DNA of 64,000 nucleotides from Cetorhinus maximus (lineage: Eukaryota), in assembly GCF_964194155.1 (NCBI RefSeq), contig NC_135916.1, forward strand, positions 1,736,001 to 1,800,000. The letters are read 5' to 3'. Position 1 is the stretch's first letter, and each line of letters begins with the position of its first letter. Below are positions 1 to 11,573 of the stretch, in pieces. Below the pieces are notes generated by a model. The model had not been told where the DNA came from, ran no database searches, and was given only the letters and a program-made list of their open reading frames with translations. Made by a program: the position numbers and the translations under genes.

Positions 1-925
1 ATGGGAGCCGTAGATGGTCTCATTCGCAGATTGGTGTTTAACAGCGAGGTTGAGTGTGTTGGGCTACAGGAAGTTATAGATCGGATGGTCAAATGGGCAG
101 ATAAGAGGCAGATGGAGTTTTACCGTGAAAAGTGTGAGGTGATACACTTTGGAAGGAGTCATTTGACAAGGAAGTATTCAATGAACGACATGACACTGGG
201 AAGCTCTGAGGAACAAAGGGACCTTGTCGTGTGTGTCCCTAGATCTCTGAAGGCGGATGGGGCATGTTAGTGGGGTGGGGGAAAGGCATATGAGACACTT
301 GCTTTAATCAATCGAGGCATAGATTACAAAAGTAGGGAGGTCATGTAGGAGTTGTATAGAGCCTTGGTGAGGCTACAGCTGGAGTACAATCTGGTGGCCA
401 CATTATAGGAAGGATGTGATTGCACTGGAGAGGATGCAGAGGAGATTCACCAGGATGTTGCCTGGTATGAAACATTTAGGTTATGAAAAGAGGTTCGATA
501 GTTTTGTGTTGATTACGTTGGAGCAGAGAGGGCTGATGGGCGACCTGCTCGAGGTGTACAAGATTATGAGGGACATAGACAGTATGGATAGGGAGCAGGT
601 GTTCCCCTTAGTTGAAGGGTCAGTCACAAGGGGGTATAAGTTCAAGGTGAGACGCAGGTGGTTCATGGCGACTGTGAGGAATAACTTTTTTAACCCAGAG
701 GGTGGTGACAGTCTGGAATGCGCTGCCTTGGAGGGTGGTGGAGGCGGGTTGCCTGACATCCTTTTAAAAGTACCTGGATGAGCACGTGGTACATCATAAC
801 ATTCCAGCCTATGGGCCAAGTGCTGGTAAATGTGATTAAGTTGGTAGGTCAGGTGTTTCTCACGTGTCAGTGCAGACTCGATGGGCCGAAGGGCCTCTTC
901 TGCACTGTGTGTGACTCTGTGATAT
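1..925 (+). mobile_element. CR1-type LINE 3' part (RT C-terminus and 3' UTR), degenerate
   Basis: Translations WADKRQMEFYREKCEVIHFGR and ALERMQRRFTRMLPGM are typical of the CR1 ORF2 C-terminus. Ends in GGGCCGAAGGGCCTCTTCTGCACTGTG plus a TGTGA-type tail. Frameshifted. Confidence 0.9.
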
Positions 926-1192
926 GTGATTTCACGCTATTATCTGAAAAGCTCACATCAAGATGTTTATTTCTGGTGACAATACAAATTAACTGCTCCT
1001 GGTCCCTCCAGACTTCCCTGTTTATGTTGCTCCTCCTGAACTGACAGGTCACAATTTCACAGTTTGCAATGTACCCCAATCTCAACAACCAGAGCGGGCC
1101 AGTTATATATGAACACAAAGTCAAGTTCCTGAAAATGAAAGGGCTTTTCAGAGCTCGCTTCGATTTTTGATTGGAGATGATCTGATGAAATT

Positions 1193-1325
1193 AAAGCAAA
1201 ATAGTGTGGGTGTTGGAAATCTGAACCAAAAACAAAAATAGCTGGAAAAACTCAGCAGGTCTGAGAGCCTCTGTGGAGAGAAAGACAGAGTCAACTTTTC
1301 GAGTCAGTGTGACTCTTCTTCACCT
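1193..1325 (-). mobile_element. Penelope-like terminal repeat remnant with a degenerate hammerhead-like motif
   Basis: GGAAAAACTCAGCAGGTCTG motif is shared with the element at 61117-61895. Minus strand reads GTGAAGA-A-GAGTC-acact-GACTC-GAAA. Absent from the paralogous site near 11340. Confidence 0.65.
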
Positions 1326-2329
1326 GAAATCAATTTAGTAATCAGATCAAATGTCAGGCCTGAATTTCCGAGAGGAGAATGAACATTGAGATTCTGACTC
1401 ATAACACTGGAGGTGTGTTCACATTGCCAGTGTGTATTGACCTATCATTAACATTAGTAACGTGCACAGCACCAGAATTCGCGAGATAGGGGGTAGAGGG
1501 ACCAAGAGTGAAGGAAATAGAAGGAGCAAGGGAGGGAGAGGCAGAGAAATCGGTCACTCTATTGCTACCGTGTGTCAATATAGCAATGAGTGGCCCTCAT
1601 ATCTATCATCGGACAGAGGCATACATATCATCAGTATTTTAATAGAATATACAAATATGATCATTAATAATTTTGTCCCAAACATCATTTAGAACCAGAG
1701 AGCGATATAATTATCTTGAAATAGTTCAGTGAATTTCCCTGACTAGAATCCTGAAATGATGCTGTGGACTGATGAGGGAATCATAAACAAGTTGAACTTT
1801 TAATCATTGGAACTTAGAAGATTGAGAGGTTTCCTTTTTGAAACACCGAAGAATCTGAACCTGATCGGGAAAACTAATTTAAAACTGACAGACCCACAGA
1901 GGTGAGAGATGACGTGATTCAGCTCCAGCTAATACTGGGCCAGAGGCAAACACATTTCTATCACACAAACAGAAGTAATGCCAGTGGTTGAGGTGAATAG
2001 AATCCGAAATGTAAAGATCCATAACCTCTGGATCTCTCTGTAAACTTTGGACACAAAATGTTCGAATTGACACTCATTGACTGAGAGGTTCAAACTGATT
2101 ATATTAAAGAGTGACTTTTAAGACCAGACATTAACTTCTGCCTGGTCACAGCAAACACATAGATTCACTGGGCGGATTGATTTCCTAAACCGGTGAATGA
2201 ACAGCAAAGATGCTGCAGGGAGCGATATCAGTTTGAGCTTCATACAGGAATCGTCCACCTGCCTGAAACTCTGCCCGTTACACACAGACCCATTGTGATG
2301 CTCAAGCTGGAGAACATTGACTGAGGGGA

Positions 2330-2432
2330 GGAGTAACTGACGTTTTTCAGAGACGTCAGTTTCACGGAAGCGCGTGCGCATTGCTTCCCTCCTTCAGTTT
2401 CCCCAGACATGACTAGAAGAGCGCATGCGCCC
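2330..2432 (+). promoter_or_regulatory. CpG-rich promoter of the repeated module, copy 0 (two NRF1 sites, CRE-like, ETS)
   Basis: GCGCGTGCGCA at 2370-2380 and GCGCATGCGC at 2421-2430. GACGTCA and CGGAAG lie upstream. Donor-like GG|GTAAGC follows at 2488. Confidence 0.65.
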
Positions 2433-3193
2433 AGTGAGCGGGAGACCTTTGTTTCAAACAGATAGAAATGGAAATCTTAGGGCCCGGGTAAGCGAGTAAA
2501 CAGCGTTCTGATTCCAGCAGGGCCCCGGTTTGTCAGTGTGGACACAGAAATCATCATTGACTCGGGGTAAGTTCAGGGAGAACCGGGGACTGTTTGTAAG
2601 AGGCGGAGCGGTGCGGGAACGTGTTCCGGAACTTGGAGTGAGCGGGTGGACGGGGAAAGGCCTTGCTGGGGCTGTGTGTGGCCCTGCTGAGGGAGACAGA
2701 ACCTGAGCAAGCTGCAGTTGAAAACTATTGGGATTTTCTCCCCTCAAACCTGTAATGCATATTCCAAGTATAGCTGCTGATTCATGCAACTTGTCGGCAT
2801 TTGGACAGGGAACGGTCGAAACAGGCAGAGAGTAAGGAGGAGAGAAACCATGTAGGGGTCACGTATTGGAGGCACCAGCTATTAAGATATAAACATTTTA
2901 GCACCGGATTGTAGCTGGATATTGAAATCTGAACTGTCTTTGTATCCTCGGGGAGTGTGACCCTTGGAGCCATACAGATGTGGATTGTTTCTGAGTGTCA
3001 ATCAATTGCTTGAAAGCTACCAAAGCAGGTTGCTGACGTGGAATCAGACACTGTAGTTTTTATTTTTCTTCATATTTTGCATCTGGATATATATTTTTTA
3101 AAAGTTATTGTCAGTTGAAAGATTACGTTGACCTATTGTCTTTCAATGTCCTCTGCTGATTTTGAGTTACAAGACTTATGTTTCTTCCCCCAG

Positions 3194-3278
3194 GCAAATC
3201 AATGAAGGGATCAGTTTCAAGCTGATGTTCCCCCAGGAAAAAATAAAAATGTAGCCACCTCTTTCTAACTGACAGCAG
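3194..3278 (+). other. Candidate internal exon of the module transcript, copy 0
   Basis: Acceptor TTTCTTCCCCCAG| and donor CAG|GTACGA. Paralogous acceptor/donor pairs at 16360-16443, 36093-36176 and 62806-62885. Confidence 0.45.
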
Positions 3279-3674
3279 GTACGATGTTACTCCGAGAATG
3301 CGGAGATACAGACAGATCATCAGCTCCACCATCACCGAGAACAGAAGTAGTCAGACTCAAATTGATCTCAAACCCAGGTACTAATGCTCCATCCAATGGT
3401 CAGACACTCAGGGGAGGTGAAATAATTTTACCACAGTACACTCCTACTCAGTACTGCTGAATTGCAGGTCCACCAATTGCAGTCAACAATCATAGCCATT
3501 ATCAGATTGAAGGGCATCCCTTTCATGTCACAAGAGTGAACATCGCCTTCAATTTAAATACCAGGTAATAAAACTGATTGAAATTTACAGAATTAATCCT
3601 TCAGTGCACCCAGCATTCATAAAGCAACACCATAAATTCAACACCAAAGATCCCATATAATATCTTTTTTTTAA

Positions 3675-4293
3675 ATTCGTTCATGGGATGTGGCTTTGCT
3701 GGCTGTGCCACCATTTAGTTGCCCTTGAGAAGGTGGTGGTGAGCTGCTTTCTTGAACCCCTGCTGTCCACGTGGTGTAGGTACACCCACAGTGCTGTTAG
3801 GGAGTCAATTCCTAAATTTTTCCCCAGCGACAGTGAAGGAACAGGATATATTTCCAATTCAGGATGGTGCAGTGACTTGGAGGGGAAATTCTAGTTGGAG
3901 GTGTTCCCATCTAACTTCAGGGTCGCCAGGGCTGAGTTTAGTCGTTTTTGTGTTTTTGTTTGCGGTTCCTCAGTAAGTGTTGGGTGGTCCATCTGGTTCC
4001 ATTGCATTTTTGTGACTTTTTAGCAGTTTATTACAACTGAGTGGCCAAGTGGGTCTAACACAACACCACATGTAGGCCAGACCAGGTAAGGACAACAGGT
4101 TTCCTGCATTAGTGAACCAGATGGGTTCTTACAAAAATCGACAATGGTCACCATTATTCTTTTAATTCCAGATTTTTATTGAATTCACAATCCGCCAAAC
4201 CTCGGCAGGATTCGAACCTGGGTCCACAGAGTTTTACCCTAGGTCTTTGGATTAATAGCCCAATGACAACATCACAACATCATTGCCTCCCCC
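3675..4293 (-). mobile_element. tRNA-derived DeuSINE (SacSINE1-like) with LINE-derived 3' tail
   Basis: Minus-strand B box GGTTCGAATCC (4208-4218). Deu-domain-like core CCCATCTGGTTCACTAATG...GTCCTTACCTGGTCTGGCCTACATGTG. Tail encodes FKKAAHHHLLKG-like LINE end. Confidence 0.8.
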
Positions 4294-5204
4294 TGATAAT
4301 GAGAAAGTACATATTCATTAAGACAGACACACATACACATCACGTGCCAGAGCAATATTCTCACTAATAGTTATATCAACAGATCTCTACAAACAAGAAA
4401 GGTTAAACTTTAACTGACAGAGCAGATATTGACAAGTACAGCAAAGAATATTACACCACTCTCATAGGAGAGACTGACAGACACAGAAGAAGCCAGAATT
4501 CCCATGACAGGGGCAGATCCTTACATTGTAAAACCACAGACACATACCAGTGATAGAGAGGTGCAGAATAAAATCATTTTTTCCATAACAGAATTGTCAA
4601 AATAAGAAGAAAATGGGCACCCAGAAAGCAGACGTTGATAGCTATGGTAAAATCACACATGAACATGCATCAAAATCTGGAGGTTTGGGTTGAGGGGTTG
4701 GGGGGAGGGAGCGAATGGTCCATGCTCACACACTAAATTGAAAGCTGCAATGTGAACATCACACTCAAGTAATACAGGCTGACATGTTCACGGTAAAACC
4801 GAAAATGACCTACAAGCTGCATAGAAACCTGAAGGAAAGACAATACTCACACACAAGAATATGATAAGCATAGGGCACATTCTCATGCCGGGGATTGAAA
4901 GCAAATAATTAAATTCTCATTCATTTAAAATAGCCTAAGAGTTTCAACATTTTTTTTTTCCATGCTCATATTTCTGACCCTGAGCCAAACAACAGGAAAA
5001 TGAAGCACACTGACATATCACAGTATTACTGATACAGAATAAAATCAGCACATCGATATACCAGTAACTGAGAGTTAAGTAGTAAAATATGCATTACATG
5101 TCAGCAACAGTGAATGCAAAATGCATCCTCACATGCCAGTCACTGGCAGGTGCACAGTAATAGCCACAAGTGCATTACAGAGAGTTAAATACCCAGAGTA
5201 AAGC

Positions 5205-5464
5205 TGTACTGCTCACAAAAAATATCTGCACTGAATAGTAATAGTATTGAAACACCTCAAGAGTGCAACATGATGTATGTTGATAACTCCAACATCATTG
5301 CACTGACTGTCTGTAATGACCATATTGAAATGATTGTAATATTCATTGATTGTATTGAAGCATCTTGTGATCCATGTGTAAAAGTTGATTGCACTTTTGG
5401 TGATGGCGATTTAGAAATGTTCTTTCAGATATTTTATGAATAAAGCATATATTTTTTTTAAAAA
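5205..5464 (+). mobile_element. Probable 3' end of an L1/Tx1-type LINE
   Basis: T-rich segment ending TTTTATGAATAAAGCATATATTTTTTTTAAAAA. Absent at the paralogous position near 18285. Confidence 0.45.
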
Positions 5465-5804
5465 CCCATGATTATTTCCAAACATGTATAAAAGAAAACA
5501 GTCACACAGCAGCAAATAACTAGGTGCACTCTAAAATCCCCATTCACAGACAGGTAAAGAATAAGACTCATAGTAACATGTTAAAAAGTGACAGATCCAG
5601 GGTGAACTGACATTCGCATAGCATTCTATGAAAAGTGCAGAAAAAATAAATTTCTTCCATTCTAGAAATATGCACACGTGCACACACACACCAAATTGTA
5701 CGTTGAAACGCTGTCAGAATAGAAGTGAAACAAAAGTGTCAGATATTGGCAGGTGCACAGTGATGCCATATTCACTTGCTGGAAAATAACACGTACAGGG
5801 GGAG

Positions 5805-6045
5805 GAAGAAACACCAACAATGCAGGAAATACTCAGCAAGGAAGCCAACACCTGTGGAGAAAGGCGGAGAGTGAACATCACAGTTCAATGACCTTTTCTG
5901 ATATCAGAATTTTCAGGTGGAGGGTAATTCAGCTCCTGTCTCCACAGATGTTGTCTGGCCTGCTCAGTATTCCCAGCAATTGTGTTTCCTTTTTCTTGAG
6001 ATTTCAAGCATCCACCTGTAGATATTTTGTTTTTGCTTTTGCTAC
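5805..6045. mobile_element. Degenerate Penelope-derived inverted-repeat element (related copies 23190-23415, 42395-42620)
   Basis: GGAAATACTCAGCAAGG...CTGTGGAGA left arm and TCTCCACAG...CCTGCTCAGTATTCC right arm. Confidence 0.6.
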
Positions 6046-7028
6046 AGTTTATAAACATTTCTTCATGTCAAAACTGACAATTGCAAAGGAAATCCCATAT
6101 TCAGGCACCAAAATTAAACAGATTCTGTTCAAAAAGGATCATTCAGCTCATTAGGAAGAGACAATAACAGAATGGAATATATCACTCCTATAAGAGATAT
6201 CAATCCCAAACAGAAACAAAACAGTACTGATTAAAATCTACAATCGATGATCAGATACTGAAATTCACAGTAAATGCAGAGTCTCATTAAAAATGCTAAC
6301 TTTAACAAAGTAAAAATGCTCACATCAGAGGCTAGAAACGAGCAGACAATTTGAATACCACACTCTCATATCTGAAAGGGTCAGGTAAAGGTAAAATGCA
6401 CACTTCCATACCAGAAGCTGAACATTACAACTTAAAGCCAAGGCTATCTTAAAGGAAAAGCTAAAACTAGATATGTTCAAAATGTACCTTTACCAGCATG
6501 CCAGATACTTGTGAGTGCCAGTCAATGTGCACATGTACATATTGAAAAATGACAGACAGAGAGAAACGTCCATTCACACATAAGATAGACAAAAGGAGCA
6601 TAAACAGGCACACACACCCACACACAGACAGGGGCGCACACACACATAGACAGGTGCACACACATAGACAGGCTCACACACAGTTCAATAATCACACAAT
6701 GACATAACATTACTAAGAGAATCTGAGTAAATCTTAGAATTTCTTTACAAGAGAAGAATGATTAAAGAATATTTGTGACACATCCAGAATAAAAAACTGA
6801 AACATTTATGGTATTTCCTCATTTTCATGCCAGAGACTGGGAATAAGCCTCAAATACATGTTTACATGTTAAAAACTGAAAAAGAAACAGTGTAAATTCA
6901 CATTAACTTACCAGACACGTAACAAAACTGTCAAATGCCAAGTAAGAGCAACACACATATTCACATTCAAATGCCACAAATAGGGAGAAAATAAGTCACT
7001 TGCAAGTAATGAAGTGCTACAAAGTAAT

Positions 7029-7286
7029 AAAACAAAAACAGAATTACCTGGAAAAACTCAGCAAGTCTGGCAGCATCGGCGGAGAAGAAATCAGTCAACG
7101 TTTCGAGCCTCCATGGCCCTTCGGCAGAACTGCCGAAGGGCCATGGAGGCTCGAAAAGTAAACGTTGACTGATTTCTTCTCCGCCGATGCTGCCAGACTT
7201 GCTGAGTTTTTCCAGGTAATTCTGTTTTTGTTTTGTTTTGGATTTCCAGCATCCGCAGTAGCTTTTAGCTTTTTGTTTTTATCTCT
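7029..7286. mobile_element. Penelope-derived palindromic insertion with 15-bp TSD
   Basis: Near-perfect inverted repeat 7029-7235 centred on 7128-7129. TSD GTGCTACAAAGTAAT at 7014-7028 and 7287-7301. Confidence 0.85.
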
Positions 7287-8423
7287 GTGCTACAAAGTAA
7301 TGCTCATACACCAGATATTCACAGGGGCAGTGTAACACCAGCACTCACTTACCAGTAACTGACAGGTACCATGTCAAAGTCACATTTTAGCATCTGAGAA
7401 ACTAATAAATACTACAGGAGAAGACAAACTAATCATACTCACATACCTGAAAATGCACACAATTATACAGAACTTACACTCATTTATAAAACAAAACTGG
7501 AAATTAGAGAATGAAACACATCTTATGCTGAAAAAAAAATGGCATGGATGGATTTTTTAAAAAATCAGTCACTCACAGCAAAAATTAATGTGTATTGTAA
7601 TTATACACACAGCCTGAGAGTTACAGACCAACATCACACTTCCATTCCAGAAAAAAAATGATTGATACAGGTTAAAATACCTAAATGGATCCCAGTGACT
7701 TTACATGCAACTCATAGAATTAATTGCAGCAAAGAAGGGGATCCCAATTCAAATAAGATGACAAAATAATCTTTTCACCCATGTGTTATGAAAGTGAAAT
7801 TCAGCATCATTTTTTAAAATTGAAACATTACTCAAATAATAGTACAGGCCTGCAAATTAATAAATTAATATGCAGTGGAAACACTAGTAACATAAAATGG
7901 TTGAAAGCATCAATTTAAAAAGAAGTGAAAAAATCTCAGCTCACAAACAATGCTATGCATTGACAGATGAGGCTAGTAACTAAGGTGGATACATAATAGT
8001 GACAACTATAAAAGTTATAACATAGCAAGACGAAAATGAGCTTGTTCCAACACAAGGTAGGTGCAGCAACGTTCACAGAGAACAGAGATGCTGCCAGGTC
8101 AATATGTCCACTGTCACAAATATTCATTCCCACACTGTTTAAAAGGGAAGAGACTACTTTTCAATCCAAGAGACAAACTGCTCCGGAGAGTCTTAATTAA
8201 CTTGGTTTATATTTCCATCTACCATCTAATCCAGCAGAGTAATCAAAGGATTAACAGAATACACAACAAATATCATACTCTCTCTTTCATTCTAATCAGA
8301 TATTATTTAACTGGTCTTAGCCAGAATAGAAAACAAGATAGCTCACTGTAAGGTACTTAATAAATTGCAAAGCAGTGCCTCAGAATTTAGACAGGGCTAT
8401 ATATATCATACCAGTCTAACAAA

Positions 8424-8907
8424 ATATTCACCAGGATGTTGCCTGGGATGAAACATTGAAGTTATGAAGAGAGGTTGGATAGACTTGGGTTGTTTTCGTT
8501 GGAGCAGAGAAGACTGAGGGGCGACCTGAGCGAGGTGTGCAAGATTATGAGGGGCATGAGCAGGGTGGATAGGGAGCAGCTGTTCCCCTTGGTTGAAGCG
8601 GCAGTCAAGAGGGGGCATAAGTACAAAGTGGGGGGCAAAAGGTTTATGAGAGTTGTGAAGAAAAAAATATTACGCAGAGGGTGGTGACGGTTTGGAATGC
8701 ACTGCCTGGGAGGGTGGTGGAGGCGGGTTGCCTCTCATCCTTTAAAAAGTACTTGGATGAGCACTTGGCACATCATAACATTCAAGGCTATGGACCAAGT
8801 GCTGGTAAATGGGATTAGGTAGGTGGCTCAGATGTTTCTCACGTGTTGGTGCAGACTCGATGGGCTGAAGGACCTCTTCTGCACTGTGTGATTCTGTGAT
8901 TCTATGA
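8424..8907 (+). mobile_element. 5'-truncated CR1 LINE 3' end
   Basis: Encodes RLGLFSLEQRRLRGDLSEVCKIMRG. Ends in the CR1-type octamer tail GATTCTGTGATTCTATGA. Confidence 0.9.
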
Positions 8908-11573
8908 AAAGCTCTGCATGAATAAAGGTACAATGGTAATTCCTCGACTACAAACTGCATCAATTACATGTGTGGCTATATAGTTGATTGAAGGGGATGT
9001 AGCTATTCACAATTGTTTTCACATAGTTGCAAATTGAGTACCATTCTTGAACTCCTATGCAACTACATAATATAACTTATGGCTACAACATTGGTAGAAA
9101 CCATGTTATAGGTTAACCCAAAAGTGGGCAGATATGTTCAATACAACATTCAAACACGACAGGGGAGACTGAATATGATCCCCAACTCACACTCATTGAG
9201 TGTCACAGAATGGTAGGCCCATCAAACCTAGCCCAAAACTTTTTCAGATTGAAAGACAATCCATTCCTTTCACAAGAGTGGAGTGTTAGCATTAAATCTG
9301 TACATTTCAATCAGCTGTATATGTGAAGCTAAGAATGTACCCAGACGCCCCACAGAGCAACACATTAAATCCCACTCCAAAAAATATCTGAAATAAAGGT
9401 AAAATATAATTTTAATGAATATAGACCTTAATACACAACACGTGCCATATCAATTCTCTCACTAAGAAACATAATGTAAGGTCTCTGAACACTTCTTGTT
9501 TAACCTTAGCACTTAGTCATGGAAAGCACCAAGGCTGAAAGCTATATAATTAACCCCACATTCACTTAGCCTACCTGAAACTGAAGGATACCAAAATAAT
9601 CTCATTCATATAGAATTATAGAGGCCATAACAGTATAGAAATAACCCCACAAACATATAGCTTACCAGACACTGTCATGTACAATTTAATCCCCAAATCA
9701 TGCATTGTACCAGGCACTGAAAGGCATGCAGAGAGTGGCACATCCCCATGCAATAGCAGATGCAGCGTTAATTTGAATGAATCGCACACTCACTGTCAGG
9801 TAAATGAGTGAATACACACTCCATCAATTTAAGGGACTAATAAATATGGAGCCAGAAACTAACAATAAATTGGGAAGCAATGCATTAATCCTACCACATA
9901 CAGAGTAGCAGGGAATTAAATGAAGAGCAAGAGCCACAGACATACACAAGCCTTTTTAGAAAAGTCTAAAGGACGCAGAGCCAAAAAACCCACAATGACA
10001 TAACATTCCACAGACTGACTGACACACAAAAAGATATTGCTCTCAAAGAGGTTGGCTGGATCCGTATCAACTTCATTCTCACATGTAGTTCCAGATGTTG
10101 ACAGATTCAGATGGAATCCCGCTCTCACAGATAGTACCAGAAAATATTGCAGATAGAATGAATGCACTCTTCCATACATAGCAGATACAGAGTCCTGTAC
10201 AGAGGGCAAAATATACACATCCACATACAATACAAGACACTGGTGGGTACAGAATGAATGCAACTCTATCACAGTGTGCAAGTAAGTCAAAACACATAAT
10301 AAAACACATAATTCATCAATTCTTAACAGATATGGTGAAAGAAAAAAAACGAATTCAATTCCCTCAGTGTCCAAAAATGACATTTAGAGTATTAATTCTG
10401 CAGCCATATACAGTCCCACAACAGGCACATACCAAAGGTTAGCAAGATTCATACACAGCACCAGAGGCTGATACATACAGAATGATTATGAAACTTATGC
10501 ACTGTCAACAACTGATAAGTGCTGATTAAAATCCATGTTCACATGCTAAATTAAAAAAGTGAAAAGGGAGCATCGTATTCAAAGAACGGACAATGATATA
10601 CAAGGTGCAGAGAGTCCTAACAAAAGCCCATGTTCACATGCCAGAATATGTTGAACATAGAGTAAGAGGAGTGGAAAAAAGGTCCGAGATTAAACCCGAA
10701 TGGATTCCGGATTTTAAAAGCGAATTTGGGGCTTGTGACCAAATATGATATAGTGCAATAAGGGAGACCAATCTTTTAAACTATGGAATTGACTGTGCTT
10801 TATGTTAGGATTAGAATGAAACACAGTTTCATTCCTCTGACTCGCCCGCCCATTTCCAACGCTCTCTTACACAATGTTCACATCTGCACCTTCACAGGTT
10901 GCAACTAGTATCAAATGTAAGGGTCTCAGGAGAGAATTGCCCCTCTTTTAGAAATTTGCACGTCTTTCTATTAATTTGCTGCATATTGTATATTCAGAAA
11001 AAAAACATCTAACACTCTGAGACATGGGAGCCGCAGAGTGTCTGATTCACAGATTCCGTGGGGGAACCCATCGTATGTGATTTCAGGCTATTATCTGAAT
11101 CGCTCACATCAAGATGTTTATTCCAGGTGACAATATAAATTATCTGTTCCCGGTCCCTCCAGATCTCCCTGATTATGTTGCTCCTCCTGAACTGACAGGT
11201 CACAATTTCACAATTTGCAATGTACCCCTATCTCAACAACCAGAGCAGGCCAGTTATATGTGAACATGCACTCCCGTGTAGTCATGTTCCTGTCAGTAAC
11301 AGAGATGTTGTGAACACGCTTCGATTTTTTATTAGAGATAATCAGAAGAAATGCCAGACCTGAATTTCTGAGAGGGGTGAGAACAGTGACAGTGTCACGC
11401 ATATCAATGTAGGACGGAGGACAGCATCAGTAACATTCGCAGCACCAGAAGTAGAGAGATGGGGGGGCGAAAGGGAGCAAGGGTGAAAGGAAAGAGAAGG
11501 AGGAATAGTGAGTGAGAGAGAGATAGAGAGTGGGAGAGAGAGAGGCAGAGTGAGTGAGAGTGGCACACACACG

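Larger units (their letters stand above)
4300..7700 (+). repeat. Highly decayed ~41-bp A/C-rich tandem repeat (recurs in every module copy)
   Basis: Adjacent 41-nt units at 7305-7345 and 7346-7386, and a unit at 5130-5170. Approximate consensus CACATACCAGAAACTGACAGRTACAGARTAAAATCCACACT. Confidence 0.6.

Noticed and set aside
1720-1870. ATGATG...CTGA pattern resembling a C/D box snoRNA (also ~14670 and ~60530)
   Set aside because: The segment aligns with the CR1 RFTRLIPGM..LSYEERL..LGLYSLE.RRLRG region, so it is a decayed LINE fragment.
2454-2789. 111-132-aa minus-strand ORFs over the conserved module segment (also 15603-16001, 35312-35710)
   Set aside because: Stops and frames differ between copies, no domain is recognisable, and open frames are expected in GC-rich DNA.
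4200-4293. tRNA gene (B box GGTTCGAATCC)
   Set aside because: No cloverleaf. It is the tRNA-derived head of a SINE followed by a Deu-like core.
4300-7700. 41-bp repeat as a decayed C2H2 zinc-finger array or a CRISPR-like array
   Set aside because: The period is not 84 nt and no TGEKP linkers are seen. There is no conserved repeat/unique spacer alternation, and the context is eukaryotic.
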